DNA from: a virus
DNA: 64,000 nucleotides
Virus record (IMG/VR): IMGVR_UViG_3300023106_000010
Location: 1-64,000 of that record
Direction: 5' to 3' (one strand)
Numbering within the stretch: the stretch's first letter is position 1; every line of letters starts with the position of its first letter. A model generated the notes under the pieces. It was not told where the DNA came from. It did not search any database and saw only the letters and a list, made by a program, of their open reading frames with translations. The position numbers and the translations under genes were made by a program. Positions 28,301-36,959 of this stretch are shown in pieces.

Positions 28301-31300
28301 GCTTCTTTGCCGGGATTAGCAGCCCAACTCGAAAAGCTGAAACGCTTTGCAATGGCTGATGACGCTTCCACAGGTGATAAGAAAGCCTACGAAGAGGCGT
28401 TGTCTCAGCAGACTTCTTTGGCTGAGAAATATAAGACAATGTGGACAGGTGTGGGTAAGTCTATCTCAGACTCCTTGGGAGACGCCTTCGGTAAATCTGG
28501 TAAAGCTGCTGGAGACATACTTCAGTCGATTGTCAAATACAATAATACCGATAACAAGTCAATCGAAGCTAAGAACAAACTCTACGGAAGCATGGCTGGT
28601 GCAGCTAAGAACTTCTTCAAAGAAGGCTCTACAGGTTACAAGGTCATGGCTGCTGCTGAGAAAGTGTTCCGTGCTATCGAGTTGGCGAACATGATTAAGT
28701 CGTTGTTTGTGCACGAAGCTATAACTACCGCAAAAGTAACTGGAACTGCTATTGGTCAAGTGGCTGAAACTTCTGAAGTTATTGCCGGTGAAGCTGCTCG
28801 TAACACCGCCAAAGTTCCGGGAGTGTTTATGTCGTTCATGAGTGCACTTGGTCCATGGGGCGCTGCTGCGGCTGCTGTAGCTATTGCTGCTGTGCTGGGT
28901 GGCGCTTTCAGTGGAGGAGGCGGAGGTGGTATGTCTGCTGCTGAACGTCAAGCTAAACAAGGTACAGGTTCTGTACTGGGCGATGATTCAGCTAAAAGCG
29001 AAAGCATTGCTAAATCCTTGGAATTGATTCAACGTGACTCAGGCTTAGGCTTGGTACACTTCAAGTCAATGGATACTTCGCTGAAAGCTGTTGTTGCAGG
29101 ACTTGGCAGCTTGGGGGCATCGATTGTTCAATTCGGTGGCGTCAATGATGTATCGAAACAAATCGCAGAAGGCCAATCTAGCGGATTCTTTAGTAAGCTT
29201 GCTACTTCTATTTTCGGTGGCAAAACCACTGTGCAAGATAGCGGTATTTCGTTTGGTGCAGGTACTGTTGGTAGCATAGGTACCAGTGGTGTTAACGCAC
29301 AATCCTACAACGATATTAAGAAATCTGGTGGATGGTTTAGTAGTGACAAGTATCGCACAGAAACTAAAGATTTAGGGTCAGATATTAGTGGTAAGTTTTC
29401 TGACATTATTAGTAACATGGCTAAAACAATCACTGCTGCGGCTGACATGATTGGTATCGGTGGATCAGCTTTCAATGAACATCTGAAATCCTTTGTAGTC
29501 GATCTGGGTAAAATCTCCCTGAAAGATTTAAAAGGTGATGAAGTTACTGATGCACTGAATGCTATCTTCTCTAAACTTGGCGACGACATGGCAATGTTTG
29601 CTGTGGATGGCCTAAAGAACTTCCAGAAGATTGGTGAAGGTTATCTCGAAACTCTGTCACGAGTTGCTAATGAACTGATTCAGGTGCAAGATGTGTTTGC
29701 TGTACTTGGCAAGTCTATGACTTCTACAGGCTTGGCGGCGATTCAATCCTCGCAAAACTTTATTGATTTGTTCGGTAGTATTGATAAGCTGACAGAAGCT
29801 ACAAGTTATTTTGTTGAGAACTTTTTGACAGATGCTGATAAGTTGAAACCTATCCAAGAATCACTGACCAAAGAGATGAATCGTTTAGGTTTGTCGTCAA
29901 TTGACACTGTAGAAGAGTTCAAGAACCTCGTGCTTGCACAAGACTTGAATACTAAAGCTGGTCAAGAGATGTATGCAAACTTGATGAATGTCGCTCCTGC
30001 ATTCTTGGCTGTTTCAGAGGCATCAACTAAAGCAGCAGAAGCAATAGCTGACCTCGCTAACAAGCGTCTGGACATGCTCTTGACAATTGCTGAATTGGAA
30101 GGTAATTCCGCCGCAGCTACATCCATAATTGCTCAGCAACGTTCTATTGAATTAGCTGCAATGGACGCCTCACTTCGCCCTCTGCAAGAACGTATCAATT
30201 TCTTGAACGACGAAAAAGCTGCCACCGAAAAGTCTAACTCTTTACGAGACAAAACATTGTCGTTGAGTCTAACTCTGGCAAACTTGGAAGGTAATACTGC
30301 TGCGGCTACTGCTATTGTAGCACAACAGAGACTGATTGAGTTGGCAGCTATGGACGCTTCTCTGCGACCTATCCAAGAGCGCATTAACTTATTGACAGAT
30401 GAGAAAGCAGCAGCTACAGCAGCGGCAGATGCCATTAAGAAGAATATTGATGCTTTGAAAACCACTGCTCAGAATGACTTTAATGTTCTGAGTAAAGCAC
30501 TCACCAAAGCAAAGAATGATGCTCAGGTTGCGTACGATGCTCAAGCAGCTATTATTAATGCTCAAATTAGTTCTCTGGAAACTGTGCGCAATGGTATTAC
30601 TGAGTTGAGTAATGCGTTGGATAGTACTCTGGACTCTATGCTGGACAATGCTGCTCTTGCAATGACTCGTGCTCAAGCTCAAGCGAAGTTGGATGAAGCT
30701 CTTAAAACTGCACGTACCACTGGTAAGCTCCCTTCCGCAGCAGACTTAAAAGATACGTTGGCAACTCTTGCGAAAGACCCAGCAGACTCGTTTAGCTCTT
30801 ATGCAGATTACATTAAGGATGTTGGTATTACAGCAGGTAAAGTTTCTAACTTAGCGGATATAGCTAAAGGTCAAGAGACAGCGGTGGATAAACAAATTGC
30901 TTTAGCTCAGAAGCAACTGGATGTCGCTAAAGATACTCTTGACAAAGAAATGGCTAAGTATGACATGTTGCTGGCTTTTGAACAGCAGCAGCTTGACGCG
31001 ATGAATGGTACGACAGTTGCTGTGCAAAATTTGACAGCGGCTTTGGTTAATTTCAATTCATCTGTACTGGCTGCTACAGCCGCTCAAGCTGGTCAGACAG
31101 GTTCTAATGGGAAGCCAATTACTTCTGTGAGAGCAACTGAAGATGACATTAAGAACCTGTACAAAAATGTGCTGGGTCGGGAAGGTGATGCTGGTGGGCT
31201 GGAGTATTACAAGAAACTTGCTAGCGAGGGCTACACAGCATCCCAGTTGTCTCAGTTTTTTATGCAGTCTCCTGAGTATCTGGCTAAGCATCCTGACGGT

Positions 31301-31564
31301 AGTCATGCTGGTGGATTAGATTATGTGCCAAAGGATAACTATATTGCTCGTTTGCACAAGGGCGAGAAAGTTCTTACGGCACAGGAAGCTAAGAAGTCTC
31401 GTGACGGTGGTAGTGAAGATATGATTGCCACTGCTGTAAGTGCTGCTTGTTCAGCCACATTGGAAATGCTTGATCCATTGGTGAAAGATGTTAGCTACAT
31501 GAAGAAGTTGTTGCAGAACTCTTCTCCAGATGGCAATAGCATTCAAGTTACGATTGTCTCCTAA
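25346..31564 (+). CDS. tape measure protein (2072 aa) with C-terminal DUF4214-like domain
   Basis: Longest ORF, Ala-rich helical, TP901-type core; LYKNVLGREGDAGGLEYY...FMQSPEY; HAGGLDYVP...LHKGEKVL. Confidence 0.92.
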   Translation: MAADITSLVISVTSQGIKEASTALSGLGTSAANAEKRINSLIEATKRLNTINETAAKSFVNVADKMREQDKLLSNMAANSRTSARGVQDLAAAMLLLSTSLNLMNQNIVRTTVSTRAHNESMREAHALARGLSGSLGALWLTYGNLAGMSVGVAIGAGLKGIISVGKDVENTLEGIRVRAGESRESMIQVAEAVERIGKGVYGPQEVAKAFETLALAGLKAKESTLAIGAALNLATAGGTSIEKAAESLVTIGTAVGATAKSFDMLADGITAAANSSLASVDSIAESVKRASVVNKLYGASFDDILTQTAALAQLGIKNTAAGTAIVNFYSNSLGQTEKSKKALDALGMSFTDLNGKAKPVVDAFEEFTEKLNKFDLKSQQTIINDIFGERALRDVEGLRDAVNRSADDTATYSNKLREIQGQIAEAAGTAALQSVQLGLTTSKQMESVGNTLKTSLSAAFTEVAPTIKEVSDRLKEVLGSPEFVRSIANIATGIANLTAFLVENYKAVGYVVEGFLLWKGITLGANMFEAMARGLTGVASAMGFVTVATNGAAVGTGALATALRFLPGIGLVLTGLTAAWALYNLHSGKAKDVAQQTADTYNKDFLKALKEEAERLEKTNEVIASGTSIKEADAVATRELAMAKLQETNADAVASAQKTRDEAAAALKAKKIINYAYDDKSSKEAKALTAAQDTLNKATETYSQTMSDAVMLTNRVVEASKIKKAAYAAEALAAEQAAKAAAGNLKFGGAKPDKAAVNDAYAAAITSLNNKIKAAKKDMQNFDDKLNDQFKAGEMGKLQVIQSSAENQIAEYEKIGKTIQDQIDKASKGKNKTADVEKFSGLQEANTEAIEQAKRKQAQETSVYISQLRQDSNREAVKQLEEEGNYVSAAALRWSTEYSPAIQAVQKDYEALGDKFPEIGERLKQLEATQESFMDAARVKELSKEYNVLALEIANTLKGVQTASEDQGLVAMWTAAQDATEKYKASLPGLAAQLEKLKRFAMADDASTGDKKAYEEALSQQTSLAEKYKTMWTGVGKSISDSLGDAFGKSGKAAGDILQSIVKYNNTDNKSIEAKNKLYGSMAGAAKNFFKEGSTGYKVMAAAEKVFRAIELANMIKSLFVHEAITTAKVTGTAIGQVAETSEVIAGEAARNTAKVPGVFMSFMSALGPWGAAAAAVAIAAVLGGAFSGGGGGGMSAAERQAKQGTGSVLGDDSAKSESIAKSLELIQRDSGLGLVHFKSMDTSLKAVVAGLGSLGASIVQFGGVNDVSKQIAEGQSSGFFSKLATSIFGGKTTVQDSGISFGAGTVGSIGTSGVNAQSYNDIKKSGGWFSSDKYRTETKDLGSDISGKFSDIISNMAKTITAAADMIGIGGSAFNEHLKSFVVDLGKISLKDLKGDEVTDALNAIFSKLGDDMAMFAVDGLKNFQKIGEGYLETLSRVANELIQVQDVFAVLGKSMTSTGLAAIQSSQNFIDLFGSIDKLTEATSYFVENFLTDADKLKPIQESLTKEMNRLGLSSIDTVEEFKNLVLAQDLNTKAGQEMYANLMNVAPAFLAVSEASTKAAEAIADLANKRLDMLLTIAELEGNSAAATSIIAQQRSIELAAMDASLRPLQERINFLNDEKAATEKSNSLRDKTLSLSLTLANLEGNTAAATAIVAQQRLIELAAMDASLRPIQERINLLTDEKAAATAAADAIKKNIDALKTTAQNDFNVLSKALTKAKNDAQVAYDAQAAIINAQISSLETVRNGITELSNALDSTLDSMLDNAALAMTRAQAQAKLDEALKTARTTGKLPSAADLKDTLATLAKDPADSFSSYADYIKDVGITAGKVSNLADIAKGQETAVDKQIALAQKQLDVAKDTLDKEMAKYDMLLAFEQQQLDAMNGTTVAVQNLTAALVNFNSSVLAATAAQAGQTGSNGKPITSVRATEDDIKNLYKNVLGREGDAGGLEYYKKLASEGYTASQLSQFFMQSPEYLAKHPDGSHAGGLDYVPKDNYIARLHKGEKVLTAQEAKKSRDGGSEDMIATAVSAACSATLEMLDPLVKDVSYMKKLLQNSSPDGNSIQVTIVS

Positions 31565-31590
31565 CAGATTTAATCGTTATTGTAACACAA

Positions 31591-31617
31591 GGAAGGGCTT
31601 CGGCCCTTCTCTTTTTA
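31591..31617 (+). terminator. intrinsic terminator after the tape measure gene
   Basis: GAAGGGC-TTCG-GCCCTTC then TCTTTTT. Confidence 0.85.
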
Positions 31618-31626
31618 GGAGAATAC

Positions 31627-34014
31627 ATGGACGTAATCGTTCCAACTAAATTAGCAGCGAGTGTTTTTACAAGAGCCTCTATTGCCTCTTTTTATAATAG
31701 CACTGCTGTCTTGTCGTATGCTGCTGTAAACGTCCCTCGGGCAAACTATGACCCTACTAATCTCAGTAACCAACCTACTCCTCTTTTTGAGAGCAATACT
31801 ACTAACCTAACTCCTTACCCAGAAAACTTCTTGTTTGGCGGGGATGCTAGTGGAGTAGCAACAAGTGTAAACAATGCCACTTGCGAATATAATTGCAGCG
31901 TGGCCCCGGATGGTAGATTCTTCGCAGATAAGCTAGTAGAGACTGCAAGCAATACAGTACACGGCGCGCTTATGGGGGGGTTTTCCGCAGGTGTGAATAC
32001 GACTTACTCGGTATTTGTCAAAGCTGGAGAGCGAACTAAGTTTCGTTGGGATGCTGTACCAACAGGCGGTTCTGGTATTACAGACTCGTGGGTATTTGAT
32101 CTGGTCGCAGCAACAGTCACAAGGTCAACGACAGGTGCTACAACAGCTATTATTACGCCTGTAGGTAACGGTTGGTATCGTTGCTCGATGAGCGGAGCAT
32201 CAGCTTTGATCGATGCTACTAATTTTAATATGATGTCTGGCACGAATGTAATTTACACAGGTAACAGAACTTCTGGGATGTACTTGTGGGGCTTTCAGGC
32301 TGAAACTGGTTTGGTGCCCACGAGTTATATTCCACCTACTTACACTTTCACCAGCCGTGCTGGTACTACTGCCACTTATATTAATTCGGCAGGAAACATT
32401 ACCTCGGCAGCAGCTAACGTTGCGAGGATGCATTATATCGCAGATAATTTGAGCTTAGCTCCGCGACTATTATTTGAACCTGCTGCGACTAATTTGTGTT
32501 TGCAGAGTTCTGCGTTTAATACCTCCCCTTGGGTTGCACAAGCCGGCCTAACAATAACTGCAAACTCAACGATTGCACCTGATGGGACAGCCGTAGCTGA
32601 AACCATTACAGACCCTTCCGCAGTTGCTAATGCTTACGTAGGGCAAGACATCACAGTTGCTAACAACAGTGCAGGTTACGTACTTTCGGTTTTTGTTTTG
32701 AAAACAGTAGGAGCAACAACGTTCCCTTGTCTGGAGTTGGCTTTAGGTGGAGGTAGCCCTCAGATTGCAGGAGGTGTTGTTATTGACACTAATGCTGGGG
32801 CTATCCAGAGATATGGGACAAGCACGTCAGTCGTATACGGGCGAGTAGATTCTTGTAAAGACTATTGGAGAATAAGTGTCGGTATTTACAATAATAATGC
32901 AGGAAACACTGTGGCATCTTGTAAGGTTTATCCCGCTGTAAACACAAACGGCTCGACTACTTTTAATGTAGCAACAACAGGCTCGGCAATTATCTGGGGT
33001 GCTCAACTAGAAACTACTAACACAGGCTTCGGAACATTCGGAACAGCTAACCTGACACGTACATCCTACATCGCTACAACCACAGTCGCTGTAACTCGTA
33101 ATGCTGACATTATATCAGCTACAGCAACAGATCGTGCAGCAGATACTGTGGACGCACAAGGTATGTATTACACGAACATTCCTGAGAATGATTTCCCTGT
33201 GTGGAGTGGAGCTACAACTTACGGCATTGATGTATCTGGTAGCAATTCAGTAATCTACAAACACGTAAAGTATGCATCACTACAAGCGTCCAACACCAAC
33301 CACCAACCAGATATCAGCCCTACATGGTGGTCTGTTATAGGCTCCACAAATGCTTATGCGTTAATCGATACACAAGTTGGTACGCAAACTTCCACTAACT
33401 CTGGCAATCACATTCTGAGTTATTTCACAGGTCCAACTCAATCTAGCATTAGCTTGATTAATGTCTCAGCAGATTATATCACGGTAAAGGTATTTTCAGG
33501 TGGTGTGCAAATGTACACTAACACTGTGGATTTTACTGGAGGTTCTTCAGGAGTACCAATTACAGATTACACTATTACAGGACTTACCCCATATATTAAT
33601 GGTGTTATATCTCTGGACGTGTATGCTGATAACATCAAACCAGCTATTGGTAACTTCGTAGTAGGTACTAAATACTACTTAGGTTCAACTGAGACATCCC
33701 CAACAATTGGTATTGTTGACTACTCTGTCAAGACAATTGACGCATTTGGTAATCCTACACTTACAAAGCGTGGTTATGCCAAGAGAATGAATACTAAGCA
33801 ACTGATGGACGATTCTACTGTCGATACTGTTGCAAGGCTTATGTCGCAGATTCGGGCTACTCCTTGTGTGTGGAATGCTAACACAACAATGAGAAATCTC
33901 ACAAGTAATGCCAAGACATCTTTGATTGTCTATGGGTATTATAAGGATTGGGAAATTAGTGTTGATTATAAGTCTATTAGCTATTTGACGTGTAGTATTG
34001 AGGGACTTATCTAA
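31627..34014 (+). CDS. tail tip/distal tail protein with two inserted beta-rich, carbohydrate-binding-like modules
   Basis: Short N-terminal and long C-terminal tail-protein segments (IVDYSVKTIDAFGN...IEGLI) flank two FT(S)RA...E..TNL...WGxQxE..TSYI repeats. Confidence 0.7.
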   Translation: MDVIVPTKLAASVFTRASIASFYNSTAVLSYAAVNVPRANYDPTNLSNQPTPLFESNTTNLTPYPENFLFGGDASGVATSVNNATCEYNCSVAPDGRFFADKLVETASNTVHGALMGGFSAGVNTTYSVFVKAGERTKFRWDAVPTGGSGITDSWVFDLVAATVTRSTTGATTAIITPVGNGWYRCSMSGASALIDATNFNMMSGTNVIYTGNRTSGMYLWGFQAETGLVPTSYIPPTYTFTSRAGTTATYINSAGNITSAAANVARMHYIADNLSLAPRLLFEPAATNLCLQSSAFNTSPWVAQAGLTITANSTIAPDGTAVAETITDPSAVANAYVGQDITVANNSAGYVLSVFVLKTVGATTFPCLELALGGGSPQIAGGVVIDTNAGAIQRYGTSTSVVYGRVDSCKDYWRISVGIYNNNAGNTVASCKVYPAVNTNGSTTFNVATTGSAIIWGAQLETTNTGFGTFGTANLTRTSYIATTTVAVTRNADIISATATDRAADTVDAQGMYYTNIPENDFPVWSGATTYGIDVSGSNSVIYKHVKYASLQASNTNHQPDISPTWWSVIGSTNAYALIDTQVGTQTSTNSGNHILSYFTGPTQSSISLINVSADYITVKVFSGGVQMYTNTVDFTGGSSGVPITDYTITGLTPYINGVISLDVYADNIKPAIGNFVVGTKYYLGSTETSPTIGIVDYSVKTIDAFGNPTLTKRGYAKRMNTKQLMDDSTVDTVARLMSQIRATPCVWNANTTMRNLTSNAKTSLIVYGYYKDWEISVDYKSISYLTCSIEGLI

Positions 34015-34050
34015 ATGTATTTTAACGTAGCACTCTTGAAAGGGAATATT

Positions 34051-34125
34051 ATGAACACTGCTCCACGTATGACAGGAGGAGGAACCCCACCACCTCCGCC
34101 TCCTCCAAAGCCTTCTAACAAATGA
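34051..34125 (+). CDS. poly-proline micro-ORF MNTAPRMTGGGTPPPPPPPKPSNK (24 aa)
   Basis: AAAGGGAA RBS-like sequence; seven Pro codons with varied third positions; stop overlaps the next start (ATGA); in-frame upstream ATG at 34015. Confidence 0.6.
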   Translation: MNTAPRMTGGGTPPPPPPPKPSNK

Positions 34126-34520
34126 TATACCTAGCCCTATTCATTCTCGCAATATGGTGTAGTAGGGCTAACCAAGGTGCTATGTGGATGACAGTGGTAA
34201 TTGGAATAAGCTGGTCAGCACATTATCCCTTGAGCTTGATGACAGACAGAAGTGCATGGTTCATGATTGTGTTCTTTGTAGACATGTTTATCATCTACGC
34301 AGCCATTGCTGTCTGGCGTCAATCTTCGTTACCAATCATAGGACTGTCCTTCATGCTATGTGTTGGACATCTTATTGATTGGCGGTACGAGACAGACCCT
34401 GTGTACTACCAGATTGCGAATTATTTAGAATACTTAGAGATTATCAGTTGTATAATCTTTTCACCAGTTGTACTAGATTTTATTAAACAAAGGATTAGAT
34501 ATGCCTTCAGGGGAATTTAG
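34122..34520 (+). CDS. multi-pass membrane protein of unknown function
   Basis: About 4-5 hydrophobic segments, basic C-terminus. Confidence 0.7.
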   Translation: MIYLALFILAIWCSRANQGAMWMTVVIGISWSAHYPLSLMTDRSAWFMIVFFVDMFIIYAAIAVWRQSSLPIIGLSFMLCVGHLIDWRYETDPVYYQIANYLEYLEIISCIIFSPVVLDFIKQRIRYAFRGI

Positions 34521-34863
34521 CTGGATGTTGTCAGGAGCTTTATTCCTCTTGACAATCTTATTCGGAACGGTCTGGTATTTTATCAGGTCCGAGGTTCAAA
34601 GCCTTAAAGATGCCGATGAACACAACAATGACAGGTTCCTCAAAATCGAATCTAAACTTGAAAAAGGATTAAGCGAGATGAGGGAAGAAGCGAAGCACAT
34701 GGTGGAGAAATCCCAGCAACGTGCAGATAGAGACATTGAACTGCTCCGCTCTGACATGCGCGACCAAATGGCACAAATGCGTGAAGCCTTGCGCAGTACG
34801 GAACAGAATATTCTGAACCAACTTAATTTGTTGTTCAGAGCCAATAACATCGGCAGCAATTAG
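34501..34863 (+). CDS. single-TM plus coiled-coil protein (holin/antiholin-like)
   Basis: N-terminal TM then charged coiled coil; just before the endolysin. Confidence 0.55.
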   Translation: MPSGEFSWMLSGALFLLTILFGTVWYFIRSEVQSLKDADEHNNDRFLKIESKLEKGLSEMREEAKHMVEKSQQRADRDIELLRSDMRDQMAQMREALRSTEQNILNQLNLLFRANNIGSN

Positions 34864-34965
34864 TAATACACAAGCCCACGTAAGATTTATCTTAAAAGAT
34901 GGGCATTACAACTATCTCGTGCGTTGTGCACGCGTAAGTTTATTAGTCTACCAAAGGAAAATATT

Positions 34966-35526
34966 ATGAACAAAGAAGAATTGATTGCAACAGCAACACG
35001 TATTGCTAAGAAGTTTATCCGCCCTACCGAAGAACTCTCCCTTGTAGCTTATCCGGACCCTTACAGCGCATTGGGTAAAGCTCTTGAGAACAACCTGAAA
35101 TCTCGTGCGTATCGTGACGGTAAGTTTGTCATTCCGAAAGAATGGGAGAAGCTATCACCTGAACCAGTAACTATAGGGTACGGAGCTACCTTCAAAGGAC
35201 TCAAGCTTGGCACTGTATGGGCGCTAGAACAGGCTGAGAGCGATTTGGATCAACAAGTGAGGGTTCGCATTGAGCAAGTTCTCAAAGCCGCTCCTACGCT
35301 GCTCAAACGCTCACCTGAGAAGCTTGCTGCGTGCGTATCGCTTCAGTTCAATATCGGGCAGTCAGCCTTCGAAGAATCCACTCTGGTGAAGCTGCTGAAT
35401 AAAGAGGACATGGTAGGTGCTGCTGAACAGTTCCCTCGTTGGAATAAAGTTAAAGGGCAAGTATCAAATGGCCTGACCAATCGTCGCAAGGCTGAGCGAG
35501 ATTTGTTTATCTCTGTGAAGGGGTAA
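34966..35526 (+). CDS. endolysin, GH24 (T4-type) lysozyme
   Basis: E..L.AYPD...TIGYG, FNIG, F.RWNK..G.V..GL..RR.AE. Confidence 0.92.
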   Translation: MNKEELIATATRIAKKFIRPTEELSLVAYPDPYSALGKALENNLKSRAYRDGKFVIPKEWEKLSPEPVTIGYGATFKGLKLGTVWALEQAESDLDQQVRVRIEQVLKAAPTLLKRSPEKLAACVSLQFNIGQSAFEESTLVKLLNKEDMVGAAEQFPRWNKVKGQVSNGLTNRRKAERDLFISVKG

Positions 35527-35528
35527 TT

Positions 35529-35798
35529 ATGAAGTGGGCTACCATTAAGCGTTGGACGCTCGATATCTTCACTGAGGAGGATGGCCTCACAATTGACCCT
35601 GTACGTGCAGGGGCTGTAGGAGGTTCCTTCTACGGCTTTGTGTGCCACGCGTATCAAACCTTCTGGCAGCACGTACAATTTGACATGCTATCCTTCTCAG
35701 GGGGCTTGGCAGCTATTCTAGGCGTGCTTGGCATGTACCTGAAGACTAATAAGAAGCATGTGTCAGAAGCTCCTAAAGAGGAGAACGGTAATGTTTAA
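35529..35798 (+). CDS. probable holin (2 TM)
   Basis: Two hydrophobic segments and a charged C-tail, between endolysin and spanins. Confidence 0.6.
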   Translation: MKWATIKRWTLDIFTEEDGLTIDPVRAGAVGGSFYGFVCHAYQTFWQHVQFDMLSFSGGLAAILGVLGMYLKTNKKHVSEAPKEENGNV

Positions 35799-36168
35799 TC
35801 TCATTGGATGGCAAGCTAAGCTAGCTGAATACTTGATTGTGATTGCTGTGCTGTGTGGAGTATTTTATGGAGTTTACCACAAAGGTGGTGAGGATGCTCG
35901 TTCAGAGATTGCAGAAGAACAAGCTAAAGCAGACAAGGCACAACAAGATAAGTACAATCTTGTTTCCCAGAAGTATGAGGATTTGAAGAATACGAGGCAA
36001 CAGAATGTCAACACCATCACCAAGGAAATTACTCACATTATTGATAAGCCTATTTATAATGTGCAGTGTATCGATGACTCAGGTAGGATGCTCATCAACG
36101 ATGCCCTCGCGGGACGTGCAGCTACCAAGCAATCTGGTACAACCGTGCAAGCCACTCCAAAGCCTTGA
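35791..36168 (+). CDS. i-spanin (Rz-like)
   Basis: N-terminal TM, coiled coil, KPIYNVQCIDDSG. Confidence 0.8.
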   Translation: MFNLIGWQAKLAEYLIVIAVLCGVFYGVYHKGGEDARSEIAEEQAKADKAQQDKYNLVSQKYEDLKNTRQQNVNTITKEITHIIDKPIYNVQCIDDSGRMLINDALAGRAATKQSGTTVQATPKP

Positions 36169-36283
36169 GGGAACAACTGGAGCGGACTTGACACGTAATA
36201 TTATCGCCAACTCTCAGATTTACTGGGAGTGTGCTGACAGCAAGCAAGCGCTGATTGATGCTGTTACAACAAAGAACAAGTAG
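36005..36283 (+). CDS. o-spanin (Rz1-like lipoprotein), overlapping the i-spanin
   Basis: Signal peptide ending VG-CSS; LPSNLVQPC..L; Y.EC. Confidence 0.75.
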   Translation: MSTPSPRKLLTLLISLFIMCSVSMTQVGCSSTMPSRDVQLPSNLVQPCKPLQSLEGTTGADLTRNIIANSQIYWECADSKQALIDAVTTKNK

Positions 36284-36329
36284 TATGTACAGATGTCCTT
36301 TTCGGTAGAAAAGACTTACCCACTATCCT

Positions 36330-36950
36330 TCACAGGACGTGGGCTTTTTGTTGCCCATGATCTTCAGTATATCCAGCACCAAAACTATTCTGTAAAGATA
36401 TCATCTTTTCCCTGTAACTCACGGCCAGATCGAAAGCTGTCTGATATCCATAAGTCAGAATTCTGAAGGACTTAGATACTCTTCGCCCAAGCTTGACACA
36501 GTGCCAACTAGCTCTCCAATAAAGATACCCTCGGAGATTAGCTAGCATGACGCCATTATGACCAGAAGTATTTCTAGGATTTATTGTTCTGTTGCGGGAA
36601 TTAATTGCATTCTCGACGCAGCGAAGATTCTGAATAGAGTTGTTCTTTTTGTTTCTGTCTATGTGGTCTATCTGAAAACTTGGAGATATCGGGCCATTTA
36701 CTAGTTGCCAGATAATTCGGTGGACTTTATATACTTTATAATTTATACCGACAACAAAATACCCAGCCTTTTCTACACTACCTGCCACATCTCCCGGAGA
36801 GCATAAAACCCTCCCTACTCCCTTACCGCCCCTGCGCTCCACCTTCCATCGCAAACAACTTGGGGAGGTTTCGTCGTAATAGAAATATTTATTAAATTCT
36901 TCTTCCAAACTAATCTCCAACAATAAAAGCCCCTTTCGGGGCAGTTGCAA
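36330..36950 (-). CDS. HNH homing endonuclease with AP2-like C-terminus
   Basis: HRIIW...IDHIDRNKKNN.I.NLR; paralog of 50891-51661; true start uncertain. Confidence 0.85.
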   Translation of the reverse strand: MQLPRKGLLLLEISLEEEFNKYFYYDETSPSCLRWKVERRGGKGVGRVLCSPGDVAGSVEKAGYFVVGINYKVYKVHRIIWQLVNGPISPSFQIDHIDRNKKNNSIQNLRCVENAINSRNRTINPRNTSGHNGVMLANLRGYLYWRASWHCVKLGRRVSKSFRILTYGYQTAFDLAVSYREKMISLQNSFGAGYTEDHGQQKAHVL

Positions 36951-36959
36951 TTTAAATAT

